62,635 bases of DNA from NCBI GenBank assembly GCA_964636885.1, contig CAZWVA010000001.1, positions 52,228-114,862 of the forward strand. The letters are read 5' to 3'. This document shows, piece after piece, positions 28,780 through 38,840 of this stretch (positions are counted from its first letter, which is position 1; each line of letters opens with the position of its first letter). Source of the stretch: an uncultured Spirochaetia bacterium (lineage in GTDB: Bacteria > Desulfobacterota_D > UBA1144 > Nemesobacterales > CSP1-2). The notes below the pieces were generated by a model, which ran no database searches, was not told where the DNA came from, and saw nothing but the letters and a program-made list of their open reading frames with translations. The translations under genes were made by a program, and so were the position numbers.

Positions 28780-31245
28780 GTGAAAGAGATACGAGAAACT
28801 CTGTGTCCTCCTAGCGCGGGTTACACTCTCAACCAACCCTTAGAACAAACCCACTGCTTTCACTGCGGCGATGAGCTTGTTCCCTCGAGAGTAGTGGAAT
28901 CGAATGGTAGGCTTTTCTGTTGCACGGGCTGCCGCTCCGTTTATGAACTCCTGCATCAACTAGGTCTTGACGACTTCTATAGGCTAAAGGAAGCGCTGTA
29001 TAAAGAGGAAGTAAGACCGCCGATCGATCCGGATTCCTCAGAGAGCTATGAGTATCTCAATCAGGATAACTTTATAAAACTCTATACGACCGAGGAATCC
29101 CCGCTCACGATGGATTTCTATATCGAGGGGATTCACTGTGCCGCCTGCCTTTGGCTCATAGAGAAGATCCCCGATACCGTGCCAGACGTTGAATCTGTTT
29201 CCCTTAACATGTCCACGAACGTGGCCGAGGTGACCTTTAAGAAGGGGGGGATGTTTTCAGCCTTTCCCGAAACGGTAAAGAGGTTTGGCTATAGGGCCCA
29301 TCCCATAAGGGTCGGTGAAGAGGCTAAAGGGCTTAGGAAAAGGGAGAACAGAAGGTCTCTTATTCGCTTAGGGGTTGCAGCGGCTTGCGCCGGGAATATA
29401 ATGTTACTCTCTGCGGCCATATACTCGGGTGCCACGGGTGTATTTGCCGAGCAGTTTGCGCTACTAAACCTTATACTGGCCATTCCTGTAGTTACGTATA
29501 GCGCCTTTCCGTTTTATAGAAGCGTGCTTTCTTCCTTGAGGGCAAGGCGTGCAACCGTTGATATACCTATCGTATTTGTCATCGTATCGGGCTTTGTCCT
29601 AAGCGCTTATAATTACCTGAGAGGTAGCGACCGGATTTACTTCGACTCAATAACTACCTTTATATTCCTTCTCCTTTCGAGTAGGTATTTCTTAAGAAGC
29701 GTTCAGGAGAGGATATCGGAGAGAGAGTCTTTTAATAGGGGTCTCTTCTCTTTGAACCGGGTTCTCGTATGGGATCATAAGACCCAGCAGTACTTCTTTC
29801 AACCAATAGGAGATCTTAAACCCGGGGACAGGATAAAACTGACAAAGGGAGACCGTATTCCAGCCGATGGCAAGCTCCTGTCTTTTAGTGTCCAGTTAAA
29901 CCTCTCCGTTCTTACCGGAGAGAATATACCTCAAACGGTTTTGAAGGATGGTGATGTGTTTGCGGGCTCGATAATCGAGTCTGAGGAGGCCATTATAGAG
30001 GTAATAAAGACGGGTAGACAAACGCGCATAGGTGGAATACTGAATGAGGTCGAGAGAAACTATAAGAGCAGATTCGGTTTTTCCACATACAGTGATAGGT
30101 ATGCAACTGTATTTACCTCACTTGTCGGAATAATCGCCACCGCCTCGTTTCTCACCCTCTCTTCGATCTACGGTTCCTCGGAGGGCTTAAATAGGGTAAT
30201 CGCCTTTATCCTGATTGCCTGTCCTTGCGCCTTTGTCTTTGCACTTCCCCTCTCGCTCGGTTTATCCCTCAAGTCGGCGATTGAAAGCGGGTTTCTCGTT
30301 AAGGACATAGGGGTCTTTGAGAAGCTCCAGCGCCTAAGAAACGTGTTCTTTGACAAGACGGGTACCCTAACAAAAGGGGTATTCAGGATACTACACTGGG
30401 ACGTTGCGGGGTTATCCCAGGAGGACGTTGCGGCTATACTCGCTATAGAAAGGCAGTCCAACCATCCAATAGCCCGTGCCATAGTGAGTTATCTTTCGGA
30501 TAGGATGCTGATCCTACCAGATGTAAGGGACTTTAAACATATCTATTCAAAGGGAATAGAGGCAAAGGTAAACGGCCATATTTATAGATTCGAATCCGAG
30601 AGGGACATGAACCATAAGGGTGATATAAACAAGGTCATAACGACGAGGGTACTCATATATAGGGACGAAGAGCCGATCTCGGAGGTTTTGTTGGGGGATT
30701 CCTTAAAGGAAGATGCCAAATACGTTATAGGTGAGCTTAAGGCTAGAGGTCTCAACGTCTATATACTCTCAGGTGATAAGGAAGAGAGCGTAAAAGGGGT
30801 TGCGGAGAGGCTTTCTATTCCTCAAGAAAACGTTTTCTGGGAGAAGACCCCTGAAGAGAAGTCTGGGATCATTAAAAGCAACGGGAACTCGATGATGGTG
30901 GGGGATGGGTTAAACGACGCCGGGGCACTATCGTCGGCGTATATAGGCGTTGCCATACAGGGAAGCGTAGAGGAGAGTCTCAAGGTATCGGACGTTTACG
31001 TATTAAACAACGATCTATTTACTATTTTGGATTTTCTGGATCACGGAAGTGCCACCGTACAAACGATAAAGCGAAACAGGGTTTTCTCAATCGTCTATAA
31101 CATGACGGCTGGGACCCTCGCCCTACTGGGTTACATAAATCCCCTCATTGCGGCTGTACTTATGCCCTTAAGCTCACTTCTACTCATAAGCTCGACCCTA
31201 TACGGAAAAAGCAGGTCCAGGGTGAGAGAGAGGGTTTATTCATGA
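28780..31245 (+). CDS. ccoI: Copper-translocating P1B-type ATPase of the cbb3 cluster (CcoI/FixI)
   Basis: N-terminal CFHCG and CCTGC, HCAAC HMA, ACPCA, DKTGTLT; adjacent to ccoS/ccoN. Confidence 0.85.
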   Translation: MKEIRETLCPPSAGYTLNQPLEQTHCFHCGDELVPSRVVESNGRLFCCTGCRSVYELLHQLGLDDFYRLKEALYKEEVRPPIDPDSSESYEYLNQDNFIKLYTTEESPLTMDFYIEGIHCAACLWLIEKIPDTVPDVESVSLNMSTNVAEVTFKKGGMFSAFPETVKRFGYRAHPIRVGEEAKGLRKRENRRSLIRLGVAAACAGNIMLLSAAIYSGATGVFAEQFALLNLILAIPVVTYSAFPFYRSVLSSLRARRATVDIPIVFVIVSGFVLSAYNYLRGSDRIYFDSITTFIFLLLSSRYFLRSVQERISERESFNRGLFSLNRVLVWDHKTQQYFFQPIGDLKPGDRIKLTKGDRIPADGKLLSFSVQLNLSVLTGENIPQTVLKDGDVFAGSIIESEEAIIEVIKTGRQTRIGGILNEVERNYKSRFGFSTYSDRYATVFTSLVGIIATASFLTLSSIYGSSEGLNRVIAFILIACPCAFVFALPLSLGLSLKSAIESGFLVKDIGVFEKLQRLRNVFFDKTGTLTKGVFRILHWDVAGLSQEDVAAILAIERQSNHPIARAIVSYLSDRMLILPDVRDFKHIYSKGIEAKVNGHIYRFESERDMNHKGDINKVITTRVLIYRDEEPISEVLLGDSLKEDAKYVIGELKARGLNVYILSGDKEESVKGVAERLSIPQENVFWEKTPEEKSGIIKSNGNSMMVGDGLNDAGALSSAYIGVAIQGSVEESLKVSDVYVLNNDLFTILDFLDHGSATVQTIKRNRVFSIVYNMTAGTLALLGYINPLIAAVLMPLSSLLLISSTLYGKSRSRVRERVYS

Positions 31246-31427
31246 ACATACTCTTTTTAACGCTTGCGATCTCAATGGCGATAGCCCTCGTCTTTTTAGT
31301 GGCCTTTATATGGGCGACCAAAAAGGGGCAGTACGATGATCTAATAACCCCTAGCCATAGGATACTGATAGATGATTTTGAGACAAAAAAGAACCGGAAA
31401 GAGAAGGAGGATAAAGTAAATGGTTGA
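31242..31427 (+). CDS. ccoS: cbb3-type oxidase assembly protein
   Basis: AFIWATKKGQYDDL..P..RILIDD. Confidence 0.9.
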   Translation: MNILFLTLAISMAIALVFLVAFIWATKKGQYDDLITPSHRILIDDFETKKNRKEKEDKVNG

Positions 31428-33582
31428 CAGGAGTGAAGTCAACGGCAAATCGATAGAGAGGGTCATCTATGACGATGATATCGTAAAGAGTTTCCTCTTT
31501 GCGACGATCCTCTGGGGAGCGGCGGCTTTTCTTGTGGGTTTGCTGGTGGCACTTGAACTCGCCTTTTGGAAGGCCAATCTCGATCTTCCGTGGCTGACAT
31601 TTGGAAGGATTCGACCACTTCACACGAATGCGGCGATTTTCGCCTTTGGTGGGAATATCATTTTTGCGGGGACTTACCATTCGATTCAAAGACTGCTTAA
31701 GACGCGCTTATATTCGGATATTCTGAGTAGGATCCACTTCTGGGGCTGGCAGCTTATCATCGTGGCGGCCCTAATCACCCTGCCCCTTGGGTATTCTCAA
31801 GGCAAAGAGTATGCGGAGCTTGAGTGGCCGATCGATATCGCAATCGCCTTGGTTTGGGTAATCTTTGGTGTTAACTTCTTTGGAACCATAGCCATAAGGA
31901 GGGTGAAACACCTATATGTGGCTATATGGTTCTATATCGCTACGATAATAACGGTAGCGGTACTACATATAGTAAATTCCATCGAGATCCCCGTAGGTTT
32001 TCTGAAGAGCTATCCCGTCTATGCTGGGGTACAGGACGCCCTTGTTCAATGGTGGTATGGACACAATGCTGTGGCCTTCTTCCTTACCACCCCCTTTCTG
32101 GGACTCATGTATTATTACGTTCCAAAGGCCGCCAATCGACCGATATACAGTTACAAATTGTCTATAGTCCATTTCTGGTCCCTGGTTTTCATATACATAT
32201 GGGCCGGGCCTCACCATCTGCTGAATTCGGCACTCCCGGACTGGGCACAGACCCTTGGAATGATCTTCAGTCTCATGCTGTGGGCGCCAAGCTGGGGAGG
32301 GATGATAAACGGGCTCCTCACGCTTAGAGGGGCATGGGAAAGGCTTCGCACGGATCCGATAATAAAGTTTCTGGCCGTAGCCGTAACGTTCTATGGAATG
32401 TCGACGTTTGAAGGGCCTCTTATGTCCATTAAGTCGGTAAATTCGCTTGCTCATTATACGGACTGGATCATCGCCCATGTCCATGGGGGTACGCTCGGAT
32501 GGAACGGTTTTCTTACGTTTGGGATTATCTACTATCTTGTGCCTAAGCTCTGGAATAACAATATGTATAGCCAAAGACTCATGAACGCCCACTTCTGGAT
32601 AGGTTTCTTGGGGATTCTTCTCTACTATATCTCGATGTGGGCAAGCGGTATCACACAGGGGCTAATGTGGAGAGCAGTTGATGGGAACGGTCAACTCGTT
32701 TACCCAGACTTTGTTGAGACCGTTATGAGAATCATCCCGCTCTACTACGTAAGGTTTCTTGGTGGAACGCTTTATATCGTTGGTTTCTTCCTTCTGATCT
32801 ACAACGTTTGGGTGACCATTAAAACCGCTCCTCGGGAAGGAAGGGTTGCAACCGTTATTGAGGTTACTCCGTCCAAGGCCGAAGCACTAGGTACAGGCCA
32901 TAGAAAACTCGAGGCACTAGGAGCCGTGTTTTCGGTTCTACTCTTTATATCCATTGCGGTCGGATCCATTATTGAGATAATTCCGACCCTTTCTATCCAC
33001 AAATACCTTCCTGCCACATCCAAAACAAGGCCTTATACCCCGCTTGAGCTTGCCGGTAGGGATATCTATATCAAGGAGGGTTGCTATGTATGCCATTCGC
33101 AGATGGTAAGAAAACTGTCGTTTGATGTTCTCAGATTCGGACCAAACTCTACGATAGAGGAATCCATGTACGACAGGCCATTTCAGTGGGGGTCAAAAAG
33201 AACAGGTCCTGATCTGGCAAGGGTTGGGGTGAAATATCCGGATATGTGGCATTATCGCCATATGATGAATCCAAGGGATATTACTCCAAACTCGATTATG
33301 CCTTCGTACCCATGGCTTGCCGAGAGAAAAATAGACTATATCTCCCTAAGAAAAAAGCTGAGCGTCATGAAGCGACTCGGCGTCCCCTATAAGGATGACG
33401 AGGTAGCAAATGCCGATATCGATGCCGAGAAGGAGGCCGAAAGGATATATGAGGGTCTTATCACTCAGGATCCGTCGCTTAAGGGGATAAAAGACAAGGA
33501 GATCATCGCCCTTATTTCGTACTTGCAATCCCTGGGCAAGAGAACCACCCAACAACAGGAGGTGTCAAGATCAACCAGATAG
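31420..33582 (+). CDS. ccoN: Fused cbb3-type cytochrome c oxidase subunits I/II (CcoN-CcoO)
   Basis: FGRIRPLHTN, WWYGHNAVAFFLT, WAGPHHL, AHVH; CcoO part with CYVCHSQMVR and WGSKRTGPDLAR. Confidence 0.95.
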   Translation: MVDRSEVNGKSIERVIYDDDIVKSFLFATILWGAAAFLVGLLVALELAFWKANLDLPWLTFGRIRPLHTNAAIFAFGGNIIFAGTYHSIQRLLKTRLYSDILSRIHFWGWQLIIVAALITLPLGYSQGKEYAELEWPIDIAIALVWVIFGVNFFGTIAIRRVKHLYVAIWFYIATIITVAVLHIVNSIEIPVGFLKSYPVYAGVQDALVQWWYGHNAVAFFLTTPFLGLMYYYVPKAANRPIYSYKLSIVHFWSLVFIYIWAGPHHLLNSALPDWAQTLGMIFSLMLWAPSWGGMINGLLTLRGAWERLRTDPIIKFLAVAVTFYGMSTFEGPLMSIKSVNSLAHYTDWIIAHVHGGTLGWNGFLTFGIIYYLVPKLWNNNMYSQRLMNAHFWIGFLGILLYYISMWASGITQGLMWRAVDGNGQLVYPDFVETVMRIIPLYYVRFLGGTLYIVGFFLLIYNVWVTIKTAPREGRVATVIEVTPSKAEALGTGHRKLEALGAVFSVLLFISIAVGSIIEIIPTLSIHKYLPATSKTRPYTPLELAGRDIYIKEGCYVCHSQMVRKLSFDVLRFGPNSTIEESMYDRPFQWGSKRTGPDLARVGVKYPDMWHYRHMMNPRDITPNSIMPSYPWLAERKIDYISLRKKLSVMKRLGVPYKDDEVANADIDAEKEAERIYEGLITQDPSLKGIKDKEIIALISYLQSLGKRTTQQQEVSRSTR

Positions 33583-33743
33583 CCTTATCGTACTACGGGA
33601 ATAAAGAGATAGTTGTCGTCGCTCTCATAATATTCTTTGTGGTGTTTATAGGTTTGGTTATTTGGGTACACCTAAAACCGAATCAGAAGATCTATGAAGA
33701 GCTAGAACGATTACCATTAGAAAGCGAGGAGGACAAGAGATGA
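33570..33743 (+). CDS. ccoQ: cbb3-type oxidase subunit 3; no canonical start codon, probable ATC start
   Basis: Frame reads (I)NQIALSYYGNKEIVVVALIIFFVVFIGLVIWVHLKPNQKIYEELERLPLESEEDKR*; single TM plus LPL motif, between ccoO and ccoP; AGGAGG at 33557-33562. Confidence 0.8.
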   Translation: MNQIALSYYGNKEIVVVALIIFFVVFIGLVIWVHLKPNQKIYEELERLPLESEEDKR

Positions 33744-34321
33744 GTGATACAAGGCAGGAGGAAGGCAAATTAATAGAGGGTCATGAATACGACGGTATTA
33801 GAGAACTAAACAATCCGCTTCCTGGCTGGTGGTTAATGACCTTTTACATCACCATAATCTTTGCCGTCGTCTACTTCACATATTATCATCTTCTTGGAGG
33901 CCCCACGCTCGACCAAGAGCTCGCTCAAAAGATGGGTGAGATTAAGGCCGCAAGAACCGAGGCGGAGAAGACTAAAGGGGTAAAATCCGAAGAGGAACTC
34001 AGGGCCCTTCTTAATAATCGGGAGGTTCTGGCACAGGGTAAAGCCGAGTTTACCGCAAAGTGTACCCCGTGTCATGGAAACAACGGACAGGGTGTTATCG
34101 GGCCGAACCTAACAGATGACTACTGGATACACGGCGACGGAAGGATTTCCTCAATACTGGGAATCATTAATGAGGGGGTGCCTGACAAGGGAATGCCTCC
34201 CTGGAAGGGGGTCATTTCCCCTGATCTTATGGAAAAGGTGGCGGTATACGTCTACAGCCTTCATGGTACAAACCCTGAAGGGGCAAAACCGCCACAGGGG
34301 GTGAAGGTAGAGTACAGATGA
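33740..34321 (+). CDS. ccoP: cbb3-type oxidase subunit III (monoheme)
   Basis: GHEYDGIRELNNPLPGWW, CTPCH, GPNLTDDYWIHG, GMPPW. Confidence 0.92.
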   Translation: MSDTRQEEGKLIEGHEYDGIRELNNPLPGWWLMTFYITIIFAVVYFTYYHLLGGPTLDQELAQKMGEIKAARTEAEKTKGVKSEEELRALLNNREVLAQGKAEFTAKCTPCHGNNGQGVIGPNLTDDYWIHGDGRISSILGIINEGVPDKGMPPWKGVISPDLMEKVAVYVYSLHGTNPEGAKPPQGVKVEYR

Positions 34322-35781
34322 AGGTACTGGATCAAAGGAATCTACCCGAAGAGAGATTGGCCACCCTGGATGAGTCTGGAAAAAGGGTTTATATATTCCC
34401 GGCTCAGGTAAAAGGTCTATACAGACGCTGGAGGACGATAGTCCAGGTTATCCTCGTTCTTCTTTTTCTCTTTCTCCCATGGGTTAAGATCGGTGGCCAC
34501 CAGGCGGTGCTTCTGGATATATCCCAGAGAAGGTTCGCGATCTTTGGTCTGACATTCTGGGCTCACGACGGTCCCCTTATCTTCTTCATACTGGCGGCAC
34601 TTGCAATAGGGCTTGCCTTTGTAACCGCCATATGGGGAAGAATCTGGTGTGGTTGGGCCTGTCCACAAACGGTGTTTATAGACGGTATCTTCAGGCGTAT
34701 CGAGTACTGGGTCATTGGAAGCCACATAAAGCAGATAAACCTGGCAAGGTCTCCCTGGAACGGAGAAAAAATCGTCAAGTACTCCATAGTATGGTTTCTC
34801 TTTACGGTTGTAAGCCTCGTCATTGCCCACAGCTTCCTCGCCTATTTTGTAGAGGTCGAGAGACTCGTAGAGATGACTCAACACAGTCCCTACGAGAACT
34901 GGACTGTGTTCCTTATAATGGCTTTCATAACGGCGGTTCTTCTCTTTGACTTCGGGTGGTTCAGGGAACAGTTCTGTATCATCATGTGTCCTTATGGAAG
35001 GTTTCAATCCGTGTTAATGGACGACGATTCGCTTACCGTTTCTTACGATCCCCGTAGGGGAGAGCCCCGCAGGGGAACGGCAAAGCCGGGGGAGGCTGAA
35101 GGAGATTGTATAGACTGTTACAGGTGTGTGATGGTATGCCCCACCGGAATAGACATAAGAAGGGGCTTACAGATGGAATGTATCGGCTGTACGGCGTGCA
35201 TTGACGCATGCGACGAGGTTATGGAGAAAATCGGTAAGCCAAAGAGGCTTATAAGATACGCCACGGGAAACAGCCTAAAGGGGATAAGATCCAGGGTGCT
35301 AAGGCCAAGAGTGGTGATCTATTCCGTGATTCTTGTTATCGTACTATCTCTATTGGCGATTAACGTTTCAAGGCGTGAGGATATTGTGGTAACCATCTTG
35401 AGAGCTCAGGACACGCCATACCAGATCATAATGGATGAAGAGGAGGAGGCCGATGAAGGGGATGAAGATGAGAAAAACGGTGATCTAGAGGTCATAAATC
35501 ACTTTAAAGTCCACCTGAAGAATCAGACCTTTGATGATGCCGACCTGGAAATCGTGGTTCCTGAGGTGTGGAGAGAAAAGCACGTTGAGGTCATCTCTCA
35601 AACCGATTCTATAGATCTTGAGGCCGGAAGGGACCTCACTGTTCATTTCTTCATAAAATTCCCAAGCGGAATAACGTCTAAGACTGGAAAACAACCCATA
35701 AAGCTCATCTTTATGGATTCCAAAAGGAACCAAATAAAATCGGTAAAGGAAATAAATCTTGTCGGACCTAGCTCATTTTAA
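34318..35781 (+). CDS. ccoG: Cytochrome c oxidase accessory 4Fe-4S protein (FixG)
   Basis: GRIWCGWACPQTVF, CPYGRFQS, CIDCYRCVMVCPTGIDIRRG.Q.ECIGCTACIDAC. Confidence 0.92.
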   Translation: MKVLDQRNLPEERLATLDESGKRVYIFPAQVKGLYRRWRTIVQVILVLLFLFLPWVKIGGHQAVLLDISQRRFAIFGLTFWAHDGPLIFFILAALAIGLAFVTAIWGRIWCGWACPQTVFIDGIFRRIEYWVIGSHIKQINLARSPWNGEKIVKYSIVWFLFTVVSLVIAHSFLAYFVEVERLVEMTQHSPYENWTVFLIMAFITAVLLFDFGWFREQFCIIMCPYGRFQSVLMDDDSLTVSYDPRRGEPRRGTAKPGEAEGDCIDCYRCVMVCPTGIDIRRGLQMECIGCTACIDACDEVMEKIGKPKRLIRYATGNSLKGIRSRVLRPRVVIYSVILVIVLSLLAINVSRREDIVVTILRAQDTPYQIIMDEEEEADEGDEDEKNGDLEVINHFKVHLKNQTFDDADLEIVVPEVWREKHVEVISQTDSIDLEAGRDLTVHFFIKFPSGITSKTGKQPIKLIFMDSKRNQIKSVKEINLVGPSSF

Positions 35782-36478
35782 CCGTTTAGTAAGCGAATGG
35801 TCCTTTCTCTCTATTTCGGTTGGCGTATTTATAGCCAGCGTCCTGGGGAGTTCACATTGCGTGTCTATGTGCGGTCCTATTGCCATCACTGTGAATAACG
35901 AGAGCGGATATCTGGGATTCTACCATCTGGGGCGTTTACTGAGCTATCTCATACTAGGGGCGTTAGCCGGTTCTTTTGGAGGGGCATTGCTTTCAAGTAA
36001 ATACCAAATTGTCTCAATCTCTTCTGCCGTTCTAATATCGGTTTTCTTTATTTTCACGGGCTACAGGCTCATAAGGCAGAAACCCTTGGATCTATTCTTT
36101 TTTAAGAAACTGAGTCCCCTTTTATTCACCCCAGCAAGATGGGCTAGGGCACAGAAACCGGCACTGAAATCACTCACAATCGGTGCTATAAACGGTTTTC
36201 TTCCCTGCGGATGGCTTTATGTATTTGTGCTAGGCTCCATAGCCACGAAAGAACCGCTATATAGCGCCGTACTGCTTGCGGTTTTCTGGTTGGGAACGGT
36301 TCCCGCTCTAACCATATTCCCGATCTTTTACAAAAGGATATTGGGTAGGCTCCCTAGGAGACTAAATCAGATAGCCGGGGTAATCCTCGTAGTCGTTGGA
36401 TTAGTGAACGTTTTACTCATCGTTCTAACTCGTGTAATGCCGGTCACCCATTCCATCCACAATATACATCACCATTGA
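35759..36478 (+). CDS. Sulfite exporter TauE/SafE (DsbD_2) family membrane protein of cbb3 clusters
   Basis: HCVSMCGP, YHLGRLLSY, GFLPCGWLY, FWLGTVP. Confidence 0.85.
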   Translation: MSDLAHFNRLVSEWSFLSISVGVFIASVLGSSHCVSMCGPIAITVNNESGYLGFYHLGRLLSYLILGALAGSFGGALLSSKYQIVSISSAVLISVFFIFTGYRLIRQKPLDLFFFKKLSPLLFTPARWARAQKPALKSLTIGAINGFLPCGWLYVFVLGSIATKEPLYSAVLLAVFWLGTVPALTIFPIFYKRILGRLPRRLNQIAGVILVVVGLVNVLLIVLTRVMPVTHSIHNIHHH

Positions 36479-36567
36479 TCAGAGACATTTATGGTGATTC
36501 TACGTTGAAATTCGATAACATCGGATTTAAAATAGACTAGCCAAAACCTTTTTCAAGGGGAGGAGAT

Positions 36568-36690
36568 ATGGAAAGGGAGAAAAGGGAATTTAAGCCTGTA
36601 GGGGCCATGGTCTTTTTCATCTTTATTATAATCCTTTTTGCCCTTATGTGGTTCTCTGTCTATCTGGTAAATCTCGCCGAGGGGAGGTAG
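36568..36690 (+). CDS. cbaD: ba3-type oxidase subunit IIa (40 aa, missed by the ORF track)
   Basis: MEREKREFKPVGAMVFFIFIIILFALMWFSVYLVNLAEGR; KPxGA...W..VY pattern, RBS GGAGGAG, directly before subunit II. Confidence 0.8.
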   Translation: MEREKREFKPVGAMVFFIFIIILFALMWFSVYLVNLAEGR

Positions 36691-36693
36691 GAG

Positions 36694-37170
36694 ATGAAGG
36701 TAGACCCTTTTGAAAAGATCGCTATTTTTGTTGGTGGCGTGCTTCTGGTCGCCTTTCTCATAGCGATAGTCTATGCCAACTTTGGTTGGGGTATAAAGAT
36801 CCCCTCATGTGAAGCGGATACGAAGCCCTTTACAAAGGGGGCCTTCATTGAGAGCGGTCCACGGTCCTACGAGGTGCACATATTGACCAAGATGTGGTAT
36901 TTCGATATGGGGGATAACAGGAATGAAATCACCATTCCCGTTGGCTCAAGGGTAACCTTCTTTGTTACGAGCGGTGATGTCATACACGGTGTTAAGATTC
37001 CAAGCAAGAACATAAACATGATGGCCATCCCTGGAGTGGTCGGTAGACTGGAAACCACATTCGATAAGCCCGGGGAGTACATGGTTATCTGCCATGAGTA
37101 CTGTGGAATAGGACACCAGGGTATGTATGGGAAGGTAAGGGTCACCGAAGAGGTGGCCACAGGTAGGTGA
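36694..37170 (+). CDS. cbaB: ba3-type (family B) cytochrome c oxidase subunit II
   Basis: DVIHG and CHEYCGIGHQGM CuA ligands, one N-terminal TM. Confidence 0.9.
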   Translation: MKVDPFEKIAIFVGGVLLVAFLIAIVYANFGWGIKIPSCEADTKPFTKGAFIESGPRSYEVHILTKMWYFDMGDNRNEITIPVGSRVTFFVTSGDVIHGVKIPSKNINMMAIPGVVGRLETTFDKPGEYMVICHEYCGIGHQGMYGKVRVTEEVATGR

Positions 37171-37196
37171 TGGTATGGTCTTCAAGGAGGGAAGCC

Positions 37197-38831
37197 ATGG
37201 ACAGAATAAGGTCTTTGACTCTCTGGCATTGGTATATAGGATTTGCGGCTTTATTCCTCGGCCTGTTTTTTGGCTTGAGACAGTCTCTAGCCAGAGCTGG
37301 TATCCTGTCTAACTATGATTACTATCAGGGGCTAACCCTCCACGGCGTGCTAAATGCCCTGGTTTTTACGATCTTCTTCATAGTTGGGTTCCTCTATCTA
37401 ACGACTGAGAAATCCCTGAAAAGACCCCTTAAGACCTACGGGCTTGCCTGGTTAGGCTTCTGGGTCATTCTCATAGGCACCGTTTTGGCGGCGGTGCCGA
37501 TACTGACAAAGAGGGCAAGCGTCCTTTATACCTTCTACCCACCTCTTATGGCCCATCCGAGCTTCTATATAGGGCTTGCATTGGTGGTTGTAGGCTCTTG
37601 GATCTCTGCCCTTGTGGTTTTACTTACCTACTTGGATTGGAGAAAAGAGAACCCAGGTATGAGAATCCCGCTTATGTTTGTGGCAACCGCTACCACCTAC
37701 ATCCTCTGGTTTATCGCGACAATAGGTGTGGCAATCGAGGTTCTTTTTCTCCTTATACCGTGGTCTTTAGGATGGGTGAAGGAAACGAATCCCCTCCTTG
37801 CGAGGACCCTCTTTTGGTACTTCGGCCATCCTCTGGTTTACTTCTGGCTTATGCCCGCCTACCTGACCTGGTATACCATAATGCCTAGGGTAGCGGGCGG
37901 TAAGCTCTACAGCGACCCCATGGCTAGGCTTGCCTTTGTACTCTTTATAGTGTTTTCCATGCCTGTAGGAACCCATCATCAGTTTGCCGACCCAGGTATA
38001 AGTACGGATTGGAAAGCCCTCCATACCTTCTTCACCTTCCTTGTAACCTTTCCGAGTTTATTGACGGCTTTTAATCTAGCAGCCTCTCTCGAGTATGCGG
38101 GAAAAAGCAACGGTGGAAGCGGTCTCTTCGGCTGGTGGACAAGGTTACCATACGGTGATCCGGTCTTTGCCTGTTTCATCTCGGCCATGGTCCTTTTTAT
38201 ATTCGGTGGGATAAGTGGCATAGTAAACGCCTCTTATAACGTGAATATGGTCGTCCACAACACCTCTTTCGTATTCGGCCATTTCCACCTTACAATAGGT
38301 TCGGCGGTCTCCCTTACGTTCTTTGGACTCGTCTACCTTATCCTTCCTCAGCTATCTAGGAGGGAGCTCTTGAGCAAGAGACTCGCTTTGTTCCAGGCCT
38401 ATACCTGGCTTTTAGGCATGCTCATATTTTCCTTTGCAAATATGGCCGCTGGAAGGATGGGGGTTCCTAGGAGAACCGATCTTGGGATCGCCACGTACCA
38501 TTTCCCACCTATTGTGGATCACCTTGAAAAGGTATCGGCCGTAGGTGGTGTTATACTCTATATGAGTTCCCTGATCTTCTATGTGGTGTTTGTTGGAACC
38601 CTTTTCTTTGCGAAGAAAAAAGAGGAGGACTCTATTACCCTACCCATAACAGAGGCCTATCAAACGGAGGCGGAGGCCCCTAGGATATTCGATAGGTGGA
38701 GGGTGTGGATAGGAATTGCGGTCGTTCTCATACTTATAGCATACGCACCTGTGTTACAACAGGTCCTCGGCGTCTCGCCGTTTGCTTCCCCAGGATACGA
38801 TCCAAAATTACCGGTGCCTATACCGAGATAG
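37197..38831 (+). CDS. cbaA: ba3-type (family B) cytochrome c oxidase subunit I; likely start ATG at 37197
   Basis: YYQGLTLHGVLN, FWYFGHPLVYFW, HHQFADPG, VHNT..V.GHFHLT, GVPRR. Confidence 0.92.
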   Translation: MDRIRSLTLWHWYIGFAALFLGLFFGLRQSLARAGILSNYDYYQGLTLHGVLNALVFTIFFIVGFLYLTTEKSLKRPLKTYGLAWLGFWVILIGTVLAAVPILTKRASVLYTFYPPLMAHPSFYIGLALVVVGSWISALVVLLTYLDWRKENPGMRIPLMFVATATTYILWFIATIGVAIEVLFLLIPWSLGWVKETNPLLARTLFWYFGHPLVYFWLMPAYLTWYTIMPRVAGGKLYSDPMARLAFVLFIVFSMPVGTHHQFADPGISTDWKALHTFFTFLVTFPSLLTAFNLAASLEYAGKSNGGSGLFGWWTRLPYGDPVFACFISAMVLFIFGGISGIVNASYNVNMVVHNTSFVFGHFHLTIGSAVSLTFFGLVYLILPQLSRRELLSKRLALFQAYTWLLGMLIFSFANMAAGRMGVPRRTDLGIATYHFPPIVDHLEKVSAVGGVILYMSSLIFYVVFVGTLFFAKKKEEDSITLPITEAYQTEAEAPRIFDRWRVWIGIAVVLILIAYAPVLQQVLGVSPFASPGYDPKLPVPIPR

Positions 38832-38840
38832 GGGGAGAGA

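Noticed and set aside
31963-32592. 209-aa ORF antisense to ccoN (and similar shadows over hppA, fumC, ccoG, P-ATPase, nirA-like gene)
   Set aside because: Fully overlap confident genes on the other strand or frame; no domain signal
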